64,000 bases of DNA from Bacteroidota bacterium (lineage in GTDB: Bacteria > Bacteroidota > JABWAT01). The position numbers were made by a program, and so were the translations under genes. Every line of letters begins with the position of its first letter. Position 1 is the stretch's first letter. Below, in pieces: positions 8,805-17,931 of this stretch. The stretch spans positions 64,001 to 128,000 of the forward strand of contig JAKLJL010000010.1 in the NCBI GenBank assembly GCA_023151185.1. Reading direction: 5' to 3'. The notes under the pieces are model-generated. The model saw only the letters and a program-made list of their open reading frames with translations. It did no database searches and was not told the origin of the DNA.

Positions 8805-11369
8805 GTGAAAAAACAGACGATGGAAAAAATTCTTATAATTGGCGGCGTAGCAGCCGGTGCAACGGCCGCAGCCAAGGCCCGCAGGGTTTCCTCAACGGCC
8901 CAGATTACCATGCTCGAAGGCGGTCCGGATGTTTCATTTGCCAACTGCGGATTGCCGTATTACATTGGCGGGGATATCAAAAACAGGTCAAGTCTGATCC
9001 TGCAAAGTCCCGAAAGTTTTAAAGAACAGTACAATGTCGACGTCCACATCCATACAACCGTGACGTCCATTGACCGGAAGAATAAACGGGTTCAGGCCAC
9101 CCATGGTCTAACCGGAGAGAAAAAGGAATTCAGTTACACCAAACTGATTCTTGCTCAGGGCGGGAGACCGATCAAACCGACCCTTCCGGGTTCTGATCTG
9201 AGTCATGTTTTTACTCTGTGGACTCTGGACGATATGGATAAGATCCATGAGTTTATCTCCACGAAAAAACCGAAAAGTGCAGTTGTTGTTGGCGGTGGTT
9301 TTATCGGACTTGAAATGGCGGAGGCTCTGGCGAAACGTCAGCTTTCTGTGCATGTGGTAGAAGCGATGCCCCATGTCATGAGCATTATGGAGGCCGAGAT
9401 TGCCGGACTGATCCAGGCGGAAATGGAAAGCTATGGGGTCCGGCTTCACACCGGCACCAGTGTCAGGGAAATTACACCGGGCGAGGTGAAATTAGATAAC
9501 GGAGAGTCGATCAGTGCCGGAATGGTTCTGCTGTCAATCGGCGTCCGCCCGACCCTTCAGTTGGCAAAAGACTCTGACCTAACACTTGGGGATGCCGGTG
9601 GCCTGCTGGTTAACGAGTATCTGCAGACCAGTGACCCCGATATTTACGCCGCCGGTGATATGGTTGAAATCGTCCACAGGGTCAATCAAAAAAAGGTCCG
9701 GATTCCGCTTGCCGGTCCTGCGAACCGCCAGGGCCGGATTGCTGCTGAAAATGCCCTGGGCGGATCCCATCCGTACAAAGGGTCGATCGGTACCTCGGTT
9801 GTCCGGGTTTTTGAAATGGTAGCCGGGACCACCGGGTTGTCTTTAAAACAGGCGAAAAGTGCCGGAATTGATGCGGATGCTGTCACCGTTCATAAGGAAC
9901 ATCACACTTCTTACTATCCGGATTCTGAACAGGTGACAGTTCTGCTGGTTTTTGACAGAAAGACCGGTGTCATTCTGGGTGGTCAGACCGCCGGATATAA
10001 AGCTGCCGACAAGCGGCTCGATGTTATTGCAACTGCAGTTGCCTCACGTTTAACCATTCATGATCTGGCGGATATCGATTTTGCCTATTCGCCACCGATC
10101 GGGACAGCAAATGATGTTCTGAATATGGCTGCCTACTCAGCAGAGAACAAACTTTCCGGGTTCAGTGCCTCGGTTCCGGTTTCTGAACTGGATGAATTTG
10201 TCAAAACCCATTCACCGGTAATTCTGGATGTCAGAGATGTGTTTGCGTTTGAAAAAAGTCATATCGCCGGGGCAATTCACATCCCGTACGAAGTACTTTC
10301 CGAAGAGATGGACTCTGTTCCCGCTGACCGGCCGGTTCTGGTCTATGATGAGACCGGTAAAAAGGGACATCAGACTCTGAGAAAACTGACCGGCGCCGGG
10401 TATCCGAGGGTTTGGACTGTTTCCGGCGGACATACCTCCCTTCAGCGGTTTGCCCGTGCGATCCCGTTCACTCATTTTTCCCTCGGGCTTCTTCCGGTTG
10501 AGAAAAAGTCACTCCACGCTCAGGAAGTAAAGACTGAGAAGAAAGAAGAACCGGTTAAAACTCAGGAAGGTCCTCTGGTTGTCGATGTCAGAACACCCGG
10601 TGAGTTCAGCCGTGGCGCCTATCCGGGTGCTGTGAATATTCCGGTTGATGAACTTCCGGCCAGGCTGGCTGAGCTGGGTCAGGATCCGGCCAGAGACATC
10701 ACGGTTTACTGTGCTTCGGGTGCCAGATCAGCTTTTGCAGAAGGACTTTTAAAACAGGTCGGGTTTACCAATGTGACCAACGGCGGCGGGCTGAATGCCA
10801 TGATGGCCCGTCAGAAGAAAAGTGACTCTCCGGCCGGACCGGCAAAGCCCTTCATCGTGGATGTCAGAAGTGAAGGTGAGTTCAGCCGTGGTGCCTATCC
10901 CGGTGCAGTGAACATTCCGGTTGATGAACTTCCTGCCCGGCTGGCAGAATTCGGTTCGGATCCGGCCAGAGACATCACGGTTTACTGTGCTTCGGGTGCC
11001 AGATCAGCCTATGCAGAAGGACTTCTGAAGCAGGCCGGCTACACCAATGTGACCAATGGAGGCGGACTGAATGCCATGATGGCCCGTCAGAAAAAGAGTG
11101 ATGCACCTGCAGCAGAACCGGCGGGTCAGCTTATTGTGGACGTCCGGTCGCCGTATGAATTCATGGGAGGCGCCTATCCCGGTGCGGTCAATATCCCGCT
11201 GGATGAACTTCAGTTCAATCTGGATAAACTTGGCAGCAAGTCACGGGAAATTGTCGTTTATTGTGCATCGGGTGCCCGTTCTGCCTATGCCCAGCAGATG
11301 CTTCGTCAGCTTGGGTTCCAGAATGTGAAAAATGGCGGCGGACTGATGCAGATGATGCGCAGCCGGTAA
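8805..11369 (+). CDS. CoA-disulfide reductase-type pyridine nucleotide-disulfide oxidoreductase fused to four rhodanese domains (three catalytic CASGARS copies)
   Basis: The N-terminus has the FAD/NAD(P) Rossmann fold (ILIIGGVAAGATAA) and the redox cysteine context (SFANCGLPYYIGG). The C-terminus has one non-catalytic rhodanese followed by three rhodanese domains that each carry VYCASGARS. Two of these domains are near-identical at the DNA level. Confidence 0.85.
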   Translation: MKKQTMEKILIIGGVAAGATAAAKARRVSSTAQITMLEGGPDVSFANCGLPYYIGGDIKNRSSLILQSPESFKEQYNVDVHIHTTVTSIDRKNKRVQATHGLTGEKKEFSYTKLILAQGGRPIKPTLPGSDLSHVFTLWTLDDMDKIHEFISTKKPKSAVVVGGGFIGLEMAEALAKRQLSVHVVEAMPHVMSIMEAEIAGLIQAEMESYGVRLHTGTSVREITPGEVKLDNGESISAGMVLLSIGVRPTLQLAKDSDLTLGDAGGLLVNEYLQTSDPDIYAAGDMVEIVHRVNQKKVRIPLAGPANRQGRIAAENALGGSHPYKGSIGTSVVRVFEMVAGTTGLSLKQAKSAGIDADAVTVHKEHHTSYYPDSEQVTVLLVFDRKTGVILGGQTAGYKAADKRLDVIATAVASRLTIHDLADIDFAYSPPIGTANDVLNMAAYSAENKLSGFSASVPVSELDEFVKTHSPVILDVRDVFAFEKSHIAGAIHIPYEVLSEEMDSVPADRPVLVYDETGKKGHQTLRKLTGAGYPRVWTVSGGHTSLQRFARAIPFTHFSLGLLPVEKKSLHAQEVKTEKKEEPVKTQEGPLVVDVRTPGEFSRGAYPGAVNIPVDELPARLAELGQDPARDITVYCASGARSAFAEGLLKQVGFTNVTNGGGLNAMMARQKKSDSPAGPAKPFIVDVRSEGEFSRGAYPGAVNIPVDELPARLAEFGSDPARDITVYCASGARSAYAEGLLKQAGYTNVTNGGGLNAMMARQKKSDAPAAEPAGQLIVDVRSPYEFMGGAYPGAVNIPLDELQFNLDKLGSKSREIVVYCASGARSAYAQQMLRQLGFQNVKNGGGLMQMMRSR

Positions 11370-11393
11370 CCTCTCCGGTTTTTTCCCGGTTTA

Positions 11394-11449
11394 GGGATGC
11401 CCCGGGTTCGGTTCATACCGGATTCCGGGGCATTTTTTTTTATCGCCCC
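11394..11449 (+). terminator. Rho-independent terminator hairpin after the CoADR-rhodanese gene
   Basis: The sequence GGGATGCCCCGG...CCGGGGCATTTTTTTTT forms a strong GC-rich stem followed by a run of 9 T. Confidence 0.6.
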
Positions 11450-11709
11450 CCGGGTTAACCGGATCGTTTCAGGGATACCCGAAGACCGTACTGAGCAGCA
11501 TCCGGCATTTTCCGGTTGTTTTGAAATTCCGGTTCAGGTTCCGATTTTTAATCCGGACAAAGCTTCCAATGGCCCATGATTGGTTTCCCGGAAAAGCAAA
11601 CCTTCACCGGGAAGAGAAGTTCAACAGGCAGATTTCCGGTAAAGTCGGTCAAAGTCTTTCCTGCATTTATTCTGCCTGTTATTCCAATTTAATACAAACC
11701 AGGACACCC

Positions 11710-12234
11710 ATGAAACAAACTCTGACCGTTCTTCTGGCCTTCCTTCTCGGTTTCAATGCCTGCCAACTGCCCGAAAAACCACAGGAGAAAGATCCCCGGC
11801 CGCTCCTTCTTCAGCGACTGGACGGGACCTGGATTGGTAAAGGGCAGGTAACGGGTGAACCGGTTACCTATCTGATCTCGGTCGGGCCGGTCTTAAATTC
11901 GGCTTTTTCAAAAATCCACATGGTTGATCTGTCTTCTCCGCCTCAGTATGAAGCGTTGGTTTTTATTGGCGAAGATCCCCGGACCAAAACCATTATCACC
12001 CATTGGCTGGATTCATTCGGGGCTGCTTATTCCATTCCGCATGGAACCGGAAAAATCTCGGACCAGACTCTCGAGTTTACAATCCCGTATCCAGAATCGG
12101 TTTTTCTGGACCGGTTTATCTATGATGAAAGGTCGGATTCGTGGAAGCTGGAGATTTTGTCCCGTAAGGACTCCTCTTCGTCCTGGTCCGTTTTTGCCGG
12201 TTACGATCTGCACCGCCGGACGGCGGGGAATTGA
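11710..12234 (+). CDS. Hypothetical lipoprotein
   Basis: The internal ATG at 11710, verified in the sequence, gives MKQTLTVLLAFLLGFNAC with a lipobox. The 63 codons upstream look non-coding (FRFRFRF). Confidence 0.55.
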   Translation: MKQTLTVLLAFLLGFNACQLPEKPQEKDPRPLLLQRLDGTWIGKGQVTGEPVTYLISVGPVLNSAFSKIHMVDLSSPPQYEALVFIGEDPRTKTIITHWLDSFGAAYSIPHGTGKISDQTLEFTIPYPESVFLDRFIYDERSDSWKLEILSRKDSSSSWSVFAGYDLHRRTAGN

Positions 12235-12292
12235 GTCCAAGGGGATTCCGCCTGTTCTGCCGTAGTAATGTGTACTTTTGAGGGGCACTTCA

Positions 12293-12865
12293 ATGAAACT
12301 TGTCCTGATCCTGTTTGCATTTTCGTGGTTGCAGACCTGCTGCTGTTCTGAAGAAGAGAAGAGAAGCCAGGAAATACCAGAGGCAAAATTTGTTTTGCCT
12401 TTTCCGGTCGGGACCGCCTATCTGTGCACACAGGGATTTAATTCATCCTGGTCTCATTTTGGCTCTTTCGCCTATTCTGTTGATTTTGCCATGCCGGCAG
12501 GGACTGTGGTGACGGCTGCACGGGCTGGCCTGGTTGTGTATGCTGTTTCAGAGTATTCAGATTCTGATCATATCCCCGGCCATGAAAATGTGGTCATCCT
12601 CCGGCATTCTGATACAACGTATTCCAGATATTCCCATCTGTCCTTTCAGGGAGTCAAGGTCCGGGTTGCAGATGAGGTAAATCCGGGCGATACTCTTGGG
12701 TTCAGCGGGAATTCAGGCGACAGCAACAGACCCCATCTGCACTTTGATGTCACGGGAACATTTACCGGGCGGGCAGACAGGACCATTCCGTTTGATTTTT
12801 TGAACACGTCACCACAACCTGTCGGTCTGAACCCGGGGAACGTCTATACCGCAAAGAGTTATTGA
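12293..12865 (+). CDS. M23 family metallopeptidase (LytM-like) lipoprotein
   Basis: It has the HxxxD...HLHFDV zinc-binding signature (PGHENVVILRH ... RPHLHFDV) and a signal/lipobox at MKLVLILFAFSWLQTCC. Confidence 0.75.
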   Translation: MKLVLILFAFSWLQTCCCSEEEKRSQEIPEAKFVLPFPVGTAYLCTQGFNSSWSHFGSFAYSVDFAMPAGTVVTAARAGLVVYAVSEYSDSDHIPGHENVVILRHSDTTYSRYSHLSFQGVKVRVADEVNPGDTLGFSGNSGDSNRPHLHFDVTGTFTGRADRTIPFDFLNTSPQPVGLNPGNVYTAKSY

Positions 12866-12975
12866 ACCGGGAACTCCGCAGATGTTCTGAAATCTTCCTT
12901 CCTGATTTTCCATTAAGTGCGCAAGTTTGAAATTTTCCGGTTAAACTCTTTGTTTTTACCAAAAACGGAATCAGT

Positions 12976-13743
12976 ATGTTTAAGCGTGACTTATATTTAA
13001 GGCGGATCGGATTTTCAGGACCACTTGAGCCAACGGCCAAGACCCTGGCCCGTTTACAGGAGATGCATCTGCTCTCGGTCCCGTTTGAAAACCTGGATAT
13101 TCATAGCAGACAAAGCATCAATCTTGCCCCGGATGCCTTGTTTCAGAAAATCGTTGAAAAAAAACGGGGTGGATTCTGTTACGAACTGAACGGGTTATTT
13201 TTTGACTTGCTGAAGGCGGCCGGATTCGACGTGCAAAGAATTTCAGCCCGGGTATTCAACAGACAAAAAGGTGAATTCGGACCGGAGTTTGACCATCTGG
13301 CTCTCTGGGTTCGGATGACTGACACCGATTATCTTGCAGATGTAGGATTTGGTGATTTCTCACGGCATCCGCTGAGGATCAAACCGGATCTGATTCAGGC
13401 CGATCCGGCCGGGCAGTTCAGGCTGCTTCTGCAGGAAGACAACCAGTTTCTGGTTCAAAAAAGCCAGACTGGTTCGTGGGAAAATCAGTATCTTTTCTCA
13501 TTGAAGAGTCATTCAATTGAGGCGTTCTCTGAAATGTGCCGGTTTCATCAGACAAGTCCAGAATCTCATTTTACCAGGCAGAAACTGGTTTCCCTTGCCA
13601 CCCGAAACGGCAGAATTACCTTAACCGACAGGATTTTCAGGGAAACTGAAAACGGGGCAGTCAAAACAGAAATTGCCGTGAAGGAGACAGAATTTGGTGA
13701 CTATCTGGAAAAGTATTTCCCGGTTCAGGAAAACCAGCTTTGA
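12976..13743 (+). CDS. Arylamine N-acetyltransferase (NAT family)
   Basis: The N-terminal motif YLRRIGFSGPLEPTAKTLARLQEMHLLSVPFENLDIH and the catalytic Cys in GGFCYELNG match the NAT family. It is 255 aa. Confidence 0.8.
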   Translation: MFKRDLYLRRIGFSGPLEPTAKTLARLQEMHLLSVPFENLDIHSRQSINLAPDALFQKIVEKKRGGFCYELNGLFFDLLKAAGFDVQRISARVFNRQKGEFGPEFDHLALWVRMTDTDYLADVGFGDFSRHPLRIKPDLIQADPAGQFRLLLQEDNQFLVQKSQTGSWENQYLFSLKSHSIEAFSEMCRFHQTSPESHFTRQKLVSLATRNGRITLTDRIFRETENGAVKTEIAVKETEFGDYLEKYFPVQENQL

Positions 13744-13882
13744 CCCGGAATGTGGCAAGTTCCCCACTGAAAAAAAACAGGAAGAAGTAACAAGTCCAAA
13801 CACCCCTCCCCGTATGGGTTCAGAGTCCTGAAACCAGAAATTACGGGTCCAAAATCAACCATCAGCAACCCAACTTTTCACT

Positions 13883-14692
13883 ATGAATTCAGAATCCGTT
13901 TTGTTAGCCTTTCTGTTAACTTCGTTTGCCGGTCTGGCAACGGTAATCGGCAGCGTTATGGCGTTTTTTTCCAGAAAATTCAATCCACTTTTTCTAAGCG
14001 GATCGCTGGGATTTTCAGCCGGAGTCATGATTTACATTTCCTTTGTTGAATTGTTCCCGCAGGCCCGGCAAACTCTGACCCTGATCCATGGTGTTTCAGC
14101 CGGCGGATGGCTTACTGTTGCTGCCTTTTTTTCCGGAATTGCCCTCATTGCCCTGATTGACAAACTGGTTCCGTCTGCCGAAAATCCGCACGAAATGGCC
14201 AATCTGGACAGTGCCCGGTTTAGTGAAAAAGAGTCGTCTGCCCGGTTAAAACGGGTGGGTGTTTTTACTGCACTGGCCATCGGCATTCACAACTTTCCCG
14301 AGGGAATTGCAACCTTTGCCGGATCTCTTAACGATCCTGCCCTGGGAGTCAGTATTGCGGTTGCCATTGCCATACATAACATTCCGGAAGGAATCGCCGT
14401 ATCAGTTCCGGTTTATTTTGCCACAAAAAGCAGGCGAAAGGCATTCTGGCTTTCCCTTCTTTCCGGACTGGCCGAACCGGTCGGAGCTTTGGTTGCCTTC
14501 CTGATCTTTGGATCTTTACTTGATCAGACTGCATTCGGATTTGTTTTTGCAGCAGTTGCAGGAATTATGGTGTACATTTCACTGGATGAACTATTGCCGG
14601 CAGCAGAGGAATATGGTCAGCATCATATCGCAATCGGTGGTTTAATAGCCGGAATGCTGGTTATGTCAGTGAGTTTACTTCTGTTGGGGTGA
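13883..14692 (+). CDS. zupT: ZIP family zinc transporter ZupT
   Basis: It has the duplicated HNFPEGIA and HNIPEGIA metal-binding motifs and 8 transmembrane segments across 269 aa. Confidence 0.85.
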   Translation: MNSESVLLAFLLTSFAGLATVIGSVMAFFSRKFNPLFLSGSLGFSAGVMIYISFVELFPQARQTLTLIHGVSAGGWLTVAAFFSGIALIALIDKLVPSAENPHEMANLDSARFSEKESSARLKRVGVFTALAIGIHNFPEGIATFAGSLNDPALGVSIAVAIAIHNIPEGIAVSVPVYFATKSRRKAFWLSLLSGLAEPVGALVAFLIFGSLLDQTAFGFVFAAVAGIMVYISLDELLPAAEEYGQHHIAIGGLIAGMLVMSVSLLLLG

Positions 14693-14714
14693 GTTATCTT
14701 TTAAGGAGAATTCA

Positions 14715-15005
14715 ATGAGTTCCTGGTTTATAGCCAAAATCAAGATTCAGGATCCGGAAGAATACCAGAAGTATCTGGACCACGCCGGGTCTGTTTTTAA
14801 AAAGTTCAGAGGTGAGTATCTTGTGCTTGATAATTCACCGGTGGTACTTGAAGGAGCCTGGGATGCAACCCGGATCGTCATCATCCGGTTTGAGAGTGAA
14901 CAGGACTTTAAAGACTGGTATTACTCAAGCGACTATCAGGAAATTTTACTTCACCGGCTGGCGGCAGCAGACTGTGAAACCATTCTGGCAAAGGGAATTT
15001 ACTGA
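14715..15005 (+). CDS. DUF1330 domain protein
   Basis: The ~96-aa ORF is compact and well conserved-looking (IAKIKIQDPEEYQKYL...). The family assignment is from memory. Confidence 0.5.
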   Translation: MSSWFIAKIKIQDPEEYQKYLDHAGSVFKKFRGEYLVLDNSPVVLEGAWDATRIVIIRFESEQDFKDWYYSSDYQEILLHRLAAADCETILAKGIY

Positions 15006-15092
15006 GAAACCAGGATTCCCTTTCTGCTTAAATAATTCAGTCATCATTCAAAAAGGCAGGATCCTGCAGGATCTATAATCAGGAAATGGGTT

Positions 15093-15758
15093 ATGATAAA
15101 ACGGAAGAGTGCTTTCATCCTGGGCTGGTCCCTGATAGTCATGGCCATTGTTGCCGGATACTCACTGGGTTTTGCCTTTGAAAAGGTTGCAGATTATTTA
15201 AAAATGACAACCGACCCGGTCCCCGATGCCGGGTTTAAATTTCTTTTTACCCTGGTGCTTTGGGGAATCGGGATAACCGTGCTGCTGGATATTGTGGTTT
15301 CGGTTACAATCTACGATTTTTTCAAGGGGGATTCCGGAACGGTTGCCTTCTGGGCAATGGCCACCCGGCTGGTTTACACCTCTGTTTTTGGGTTTGCCGG
15401 GTTGTATCTGTTTCAGGGACTGTTTCTGTGGGAAACCGATCCGGGCCGACTGCAGGGATTTTTCGATAAATTCCGCCTGTTGTGGAATGCCGGCTTGATT
15501 TTATTCGGAGTTCATCTGGTTTTTACCGGATGGTTGATGAAGCTTCACCGGGTTATTCCGGCAATTCTCTGGCTGACAACCCTTGCTGGCGGGGGGGGCT
15601 ATTTCATCCTGCATCTGATGAAAACCGGTTTTCCGGAAATGACGGAAAGCATCCGTTTTCTGGAACGAATCCTGATGCTGCCAATGGTTGCTTCCGAGCT
15701 TGGCCTTGCCGTCTGGCTGGTCTGGAAAGGCGGGAAACCCCCTGTCTCAGTCCGGTAA
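15093..15758 (+). CDS. Integral membrane protein (DUF4386-like), paralog-like to 57634..58341
   Basis: It has 5-6 transmembrane segments and an architecture similar to the membrane protein at 57.6 kb. Confidence 0.45.
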   Translation: MIKRKSAFILGWSLIVMAIVAGYSLGFAFEKVADYLKMTTDPVPDAGFKFLFTLVLWGIGITVLLDIVVSVTIYDFFKGDSGTVAFWAMATRLVYTSVFGFAGLYLFQGLFLWETDPGRLQGFFDKFRLLWNAGLILFGVHLVFTGWLMKLHRVIPAILWLTTLAGGGGYFILHLMKTGFPEMTESIRFLERILMLPMVASELGLAVWLVWKGGKPPVSVR

Positions 15759-15839
15759 TTTTTACCCCTTCACCCAATTGGGGAACCGGCAGGATTTCGT
15801 TTTGTCCGAAGCAGCCTGACACTAAACTGGAGACCTGAA

Positions 15840-16217
15840 ATGAAATCCGACCCAAAACAAATGCTGATTCTGATTGCCGGACCCTATCGGTCAGGAACAG
15901 GAGATGACCCGGTTCTGATCCGGAAAAACCTGAATGACATGACTGAAATGGCCCTTAAAGTCTATGAAAAAGGTCACATGCCGCTCATTGGTGAGTGGTT
16001 TACCCTGCCGATGATTGAAGCTGCCGGGTCGTCTAAAACCGGTGATGAAATCTTCAACCGGTACTTCCACCCGGTTTCAGTTCAGCTTGTCGGATTCTGT
16101 GATGCTGTTCTCAGAATCGGCGGTCCCTCAGCCGGTGCCGATGAAATGGTTCAAACCGGGCTGAAAAACGGGAAAAGGATATTTATGTCGCTGTCAGAAA
16201 TACCTGAATTGGGCTAA
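15840..16217 (+). CDS. Hypothetical protein, possibly nucleoside 2-deoxyribosyltransferase-like fold (DUF4406-like)
   Basis: The 125-aa ORF begins MLILIAGPYRSG, which looks Rossmann-like. The assignment is low-certainty. Confidence 0.3.
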   Translation: MKSDPKQMLILIAGPYRSGTGDDPVLIRKNLNDMTEMALKVYEKGHMPLIGEWFTLPMIEAAGSSKTGDEIFNRYFHPVSVQLVGFCDAVLRIGGPSAGADEMVQTGLKNGKRIFMSLSEIPELG

Positions 16218-16238
16218 TTCACAATAAATGGAGGAGTT

Positions 16239-16673
16239 ATGAAACCTGTGCACAGTTGGATTCTGCTTTTTCTGGCAGCTTGTCAGCCGGAAACCCCGTC
16301 ACAAACCGGGGGGGTAATACCGGGGCAGGAGGTTGTTGCAGAGTATTTTTCTGTTTTCAACCGCCATGACTGGTCAGGACTTGCCGGGTTTTATGCTGAT
16401 TCTGTCATCCTGAAAGATCCTGTACTTGGAACCGCTCCGGTGACGGTTTCAAGGCAGGATATTGTGAAAAAATATCAGGATCTGCACCAGTCCATTCCGG
16501 ATGTTAAGGATTCAGTTGTAGCGGTTTACCCGGCTGGCTCTGTGGTAACAGTGGAATTCATTTCAACCGGGACAGGTCCTGACGGAAAACCGTTCACCCT
16601 ACCGATTTGTACTATCTTCGAATTCAAAGCGGGTAAGATCATCCGTGATCTGACTTATTACGATAATTTCTGA
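16239..16673 (+). CDS. SnoaL-like / NTF2-like domain lipoprotein
   Basis: It has a signal peptide with Cys (LLFLAAC) followed by VVAEYFSVFNRHDWSGLAGFYADSVIL, typical of the SnoaL_2 fold. Confidence 0.55.
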   Translation: MKPVHSWILLFLAACQPETPSQTGGVIPGQEVVAEYFSVFNRHDWSGLAGFYADSVILKDPVLGTAPVTVSRQDIVKKYQDLHQSIPDVKDSVVAVYPAGSVVTVEFISTGTGPDGKPFTLPICTIFEFKAGKIIRDLTYYDNF

Positions 16674-16786
16674 CTGAGTGAGAGTTCCTGAAGCGGGATT
16701 AGTTAACCGGCTTGCAAACCAGCCGGGATGAAATTAAAAGGTTACTTTTTATCTTTGCCATTTCACCTTCAATCCTCAGGACTTCC

Positions 16787-17929
16787 ATGTCGAATTCTTC
16801 CACCTATTCCGTTTTTCCGGATTCCAAAAACCATTATGAAATCCTGGATGGCCTCAGAGGCGTTGCTGCCCTGATGGTCATCGTCTTCCATCTTTTCGAA
16901 ACTTTTTCTGGCGGAAACCATTTTACCCAGATCATTAACCATGGCTATCTTGCCGTAGATTTTTTCTTTGTTTTATCCGGATTTGTAATCGGATATGCCT
17001 ATGATGACCGCTGGGGGAAGATGACACCCGGCGAATTTTTCAAACGGCGCCTGATCCGGCTTCATCCGATGATTCTTGCAGCAATGGTTACTGGTGCTGT
17101 CGGATACTATTTCAGTGCATCACCGGTTCTTTTTCCGCAAATCAGCACGACCCCGGTTTGGGAACTTCTGCTTATTATGGTAATCGGGATGACCCTTCTG
17201 CCGGTCCCTCCTTCACTGGACATCCGGGGGTGGGCAGAAATGCATCCTCTGAACGGTCCGGCCTGGTCCCTGTTTTTTGAATATGTGGCTAATCTTTTAT
17301 ATGGACTGATCTTCAGGCGGTTTCCGGTCTGGCTTCTGTCAGTTTTTGTTGCCTTTTTTGGTTTAGCTCTGATCCGGTTTGCCGTTTTCGGGCCAAACGG
17401 TGACGTAATCGGCGGCTGGTCGCTTGACCCTGTTCAGTTTCAGGTTGGTCTTATCCGGTTACTTTATCCCTTCTTTGCCGGACTTCTGCTTTCCAGAATC
17501 GTAAAACCTGGACGGCTTCGTCATGCCTTCCTGTGGTGCAGTGCTGCTGTAATCCTGATATTTTCAATACCACGGATTGGGGATGCTGACACTTTGTGGA
17601 TGAATGGGCTTTATGATTCACTGGCGATTATTTTTCTGTTTCCGCTGATTGTCTGGCTGGGAGCCTCAGGCAAACCTGAAAGCCCGCTTCAGGAAAAAAT
17701 TATCCGGTTTCTGGGGGATATTTCCTACCCGGTTTATATCCTGCACTATCCGCTGATTTATATTTTCACCGCATGGGTAGTTGATAATCAGGTTCCGATG
17801 GAAGCCGCCTGGCCCCAGGCACTGGCCGTCTTTTTTGGTTCGGTCGGGCTGGCCTGGATCGTACTTAAGTTTTATGATCTGCCAGTACGGAAATGGCTTG
17901 CTTCTAAATTTCTCAACAGGGCTCACTGA
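16787..17929 (+). CDS. Acyltransferase family 3 (OafA/YrhL-like) membrane O-acyltransferase
   Basis: The N-terminal block LDGLRGVAALMVIVFHL is followed by about 10 transmembrane segments. The start is taken at the ATG at 16787, verified in the sequence. Confidence 0.75.
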   Translation: MSNSSTYSVFPDSKNHYEILDGLRGVAALMVIVFHLFETFSGGNHFTQIINHGYLAVDFFFVLSGFVIGYAYDDRWGKMTPGEFFKRRLIRLHPMILAAMVTGAVGYYFSASPVLFPQISTTPVWELLLIMVIGMTLLPVPPSLDIRGWAEMHPLNGPAWSLFFEYVANLLYGLIFRRFPVWLLSVFVAFFGLALIRFAVFGPNGDVIGGWSLDPVQFQVGLIRLLYPFFAGLLLSRIVKPGRLRHAFLWCSAAVILIFSIPRIGDADTLWMNGLYDSLAIIFLFPLIVWLGASGKPESPLQEKIIRFLGDISYPVYILHYPLIYIFTAWVVDNQVPMEAAWPQALAVFFGSVGLAWIVLKFYDLPVRKWLASKFLNRAH

Positions 17930-17931
17930 AA

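Noticed and set aside
11098-12431. Overlapping small ORFs around the CoADR 3' end and the lipoprotein gene (11098..11328, 11261..11458, 11397..11579, 11924..12265, 12013..12288, 12201..12431)
   Set aside because: They lie out of frame or antisense to better-supported genes, or within the terminator/leader region, and have no domain signals.
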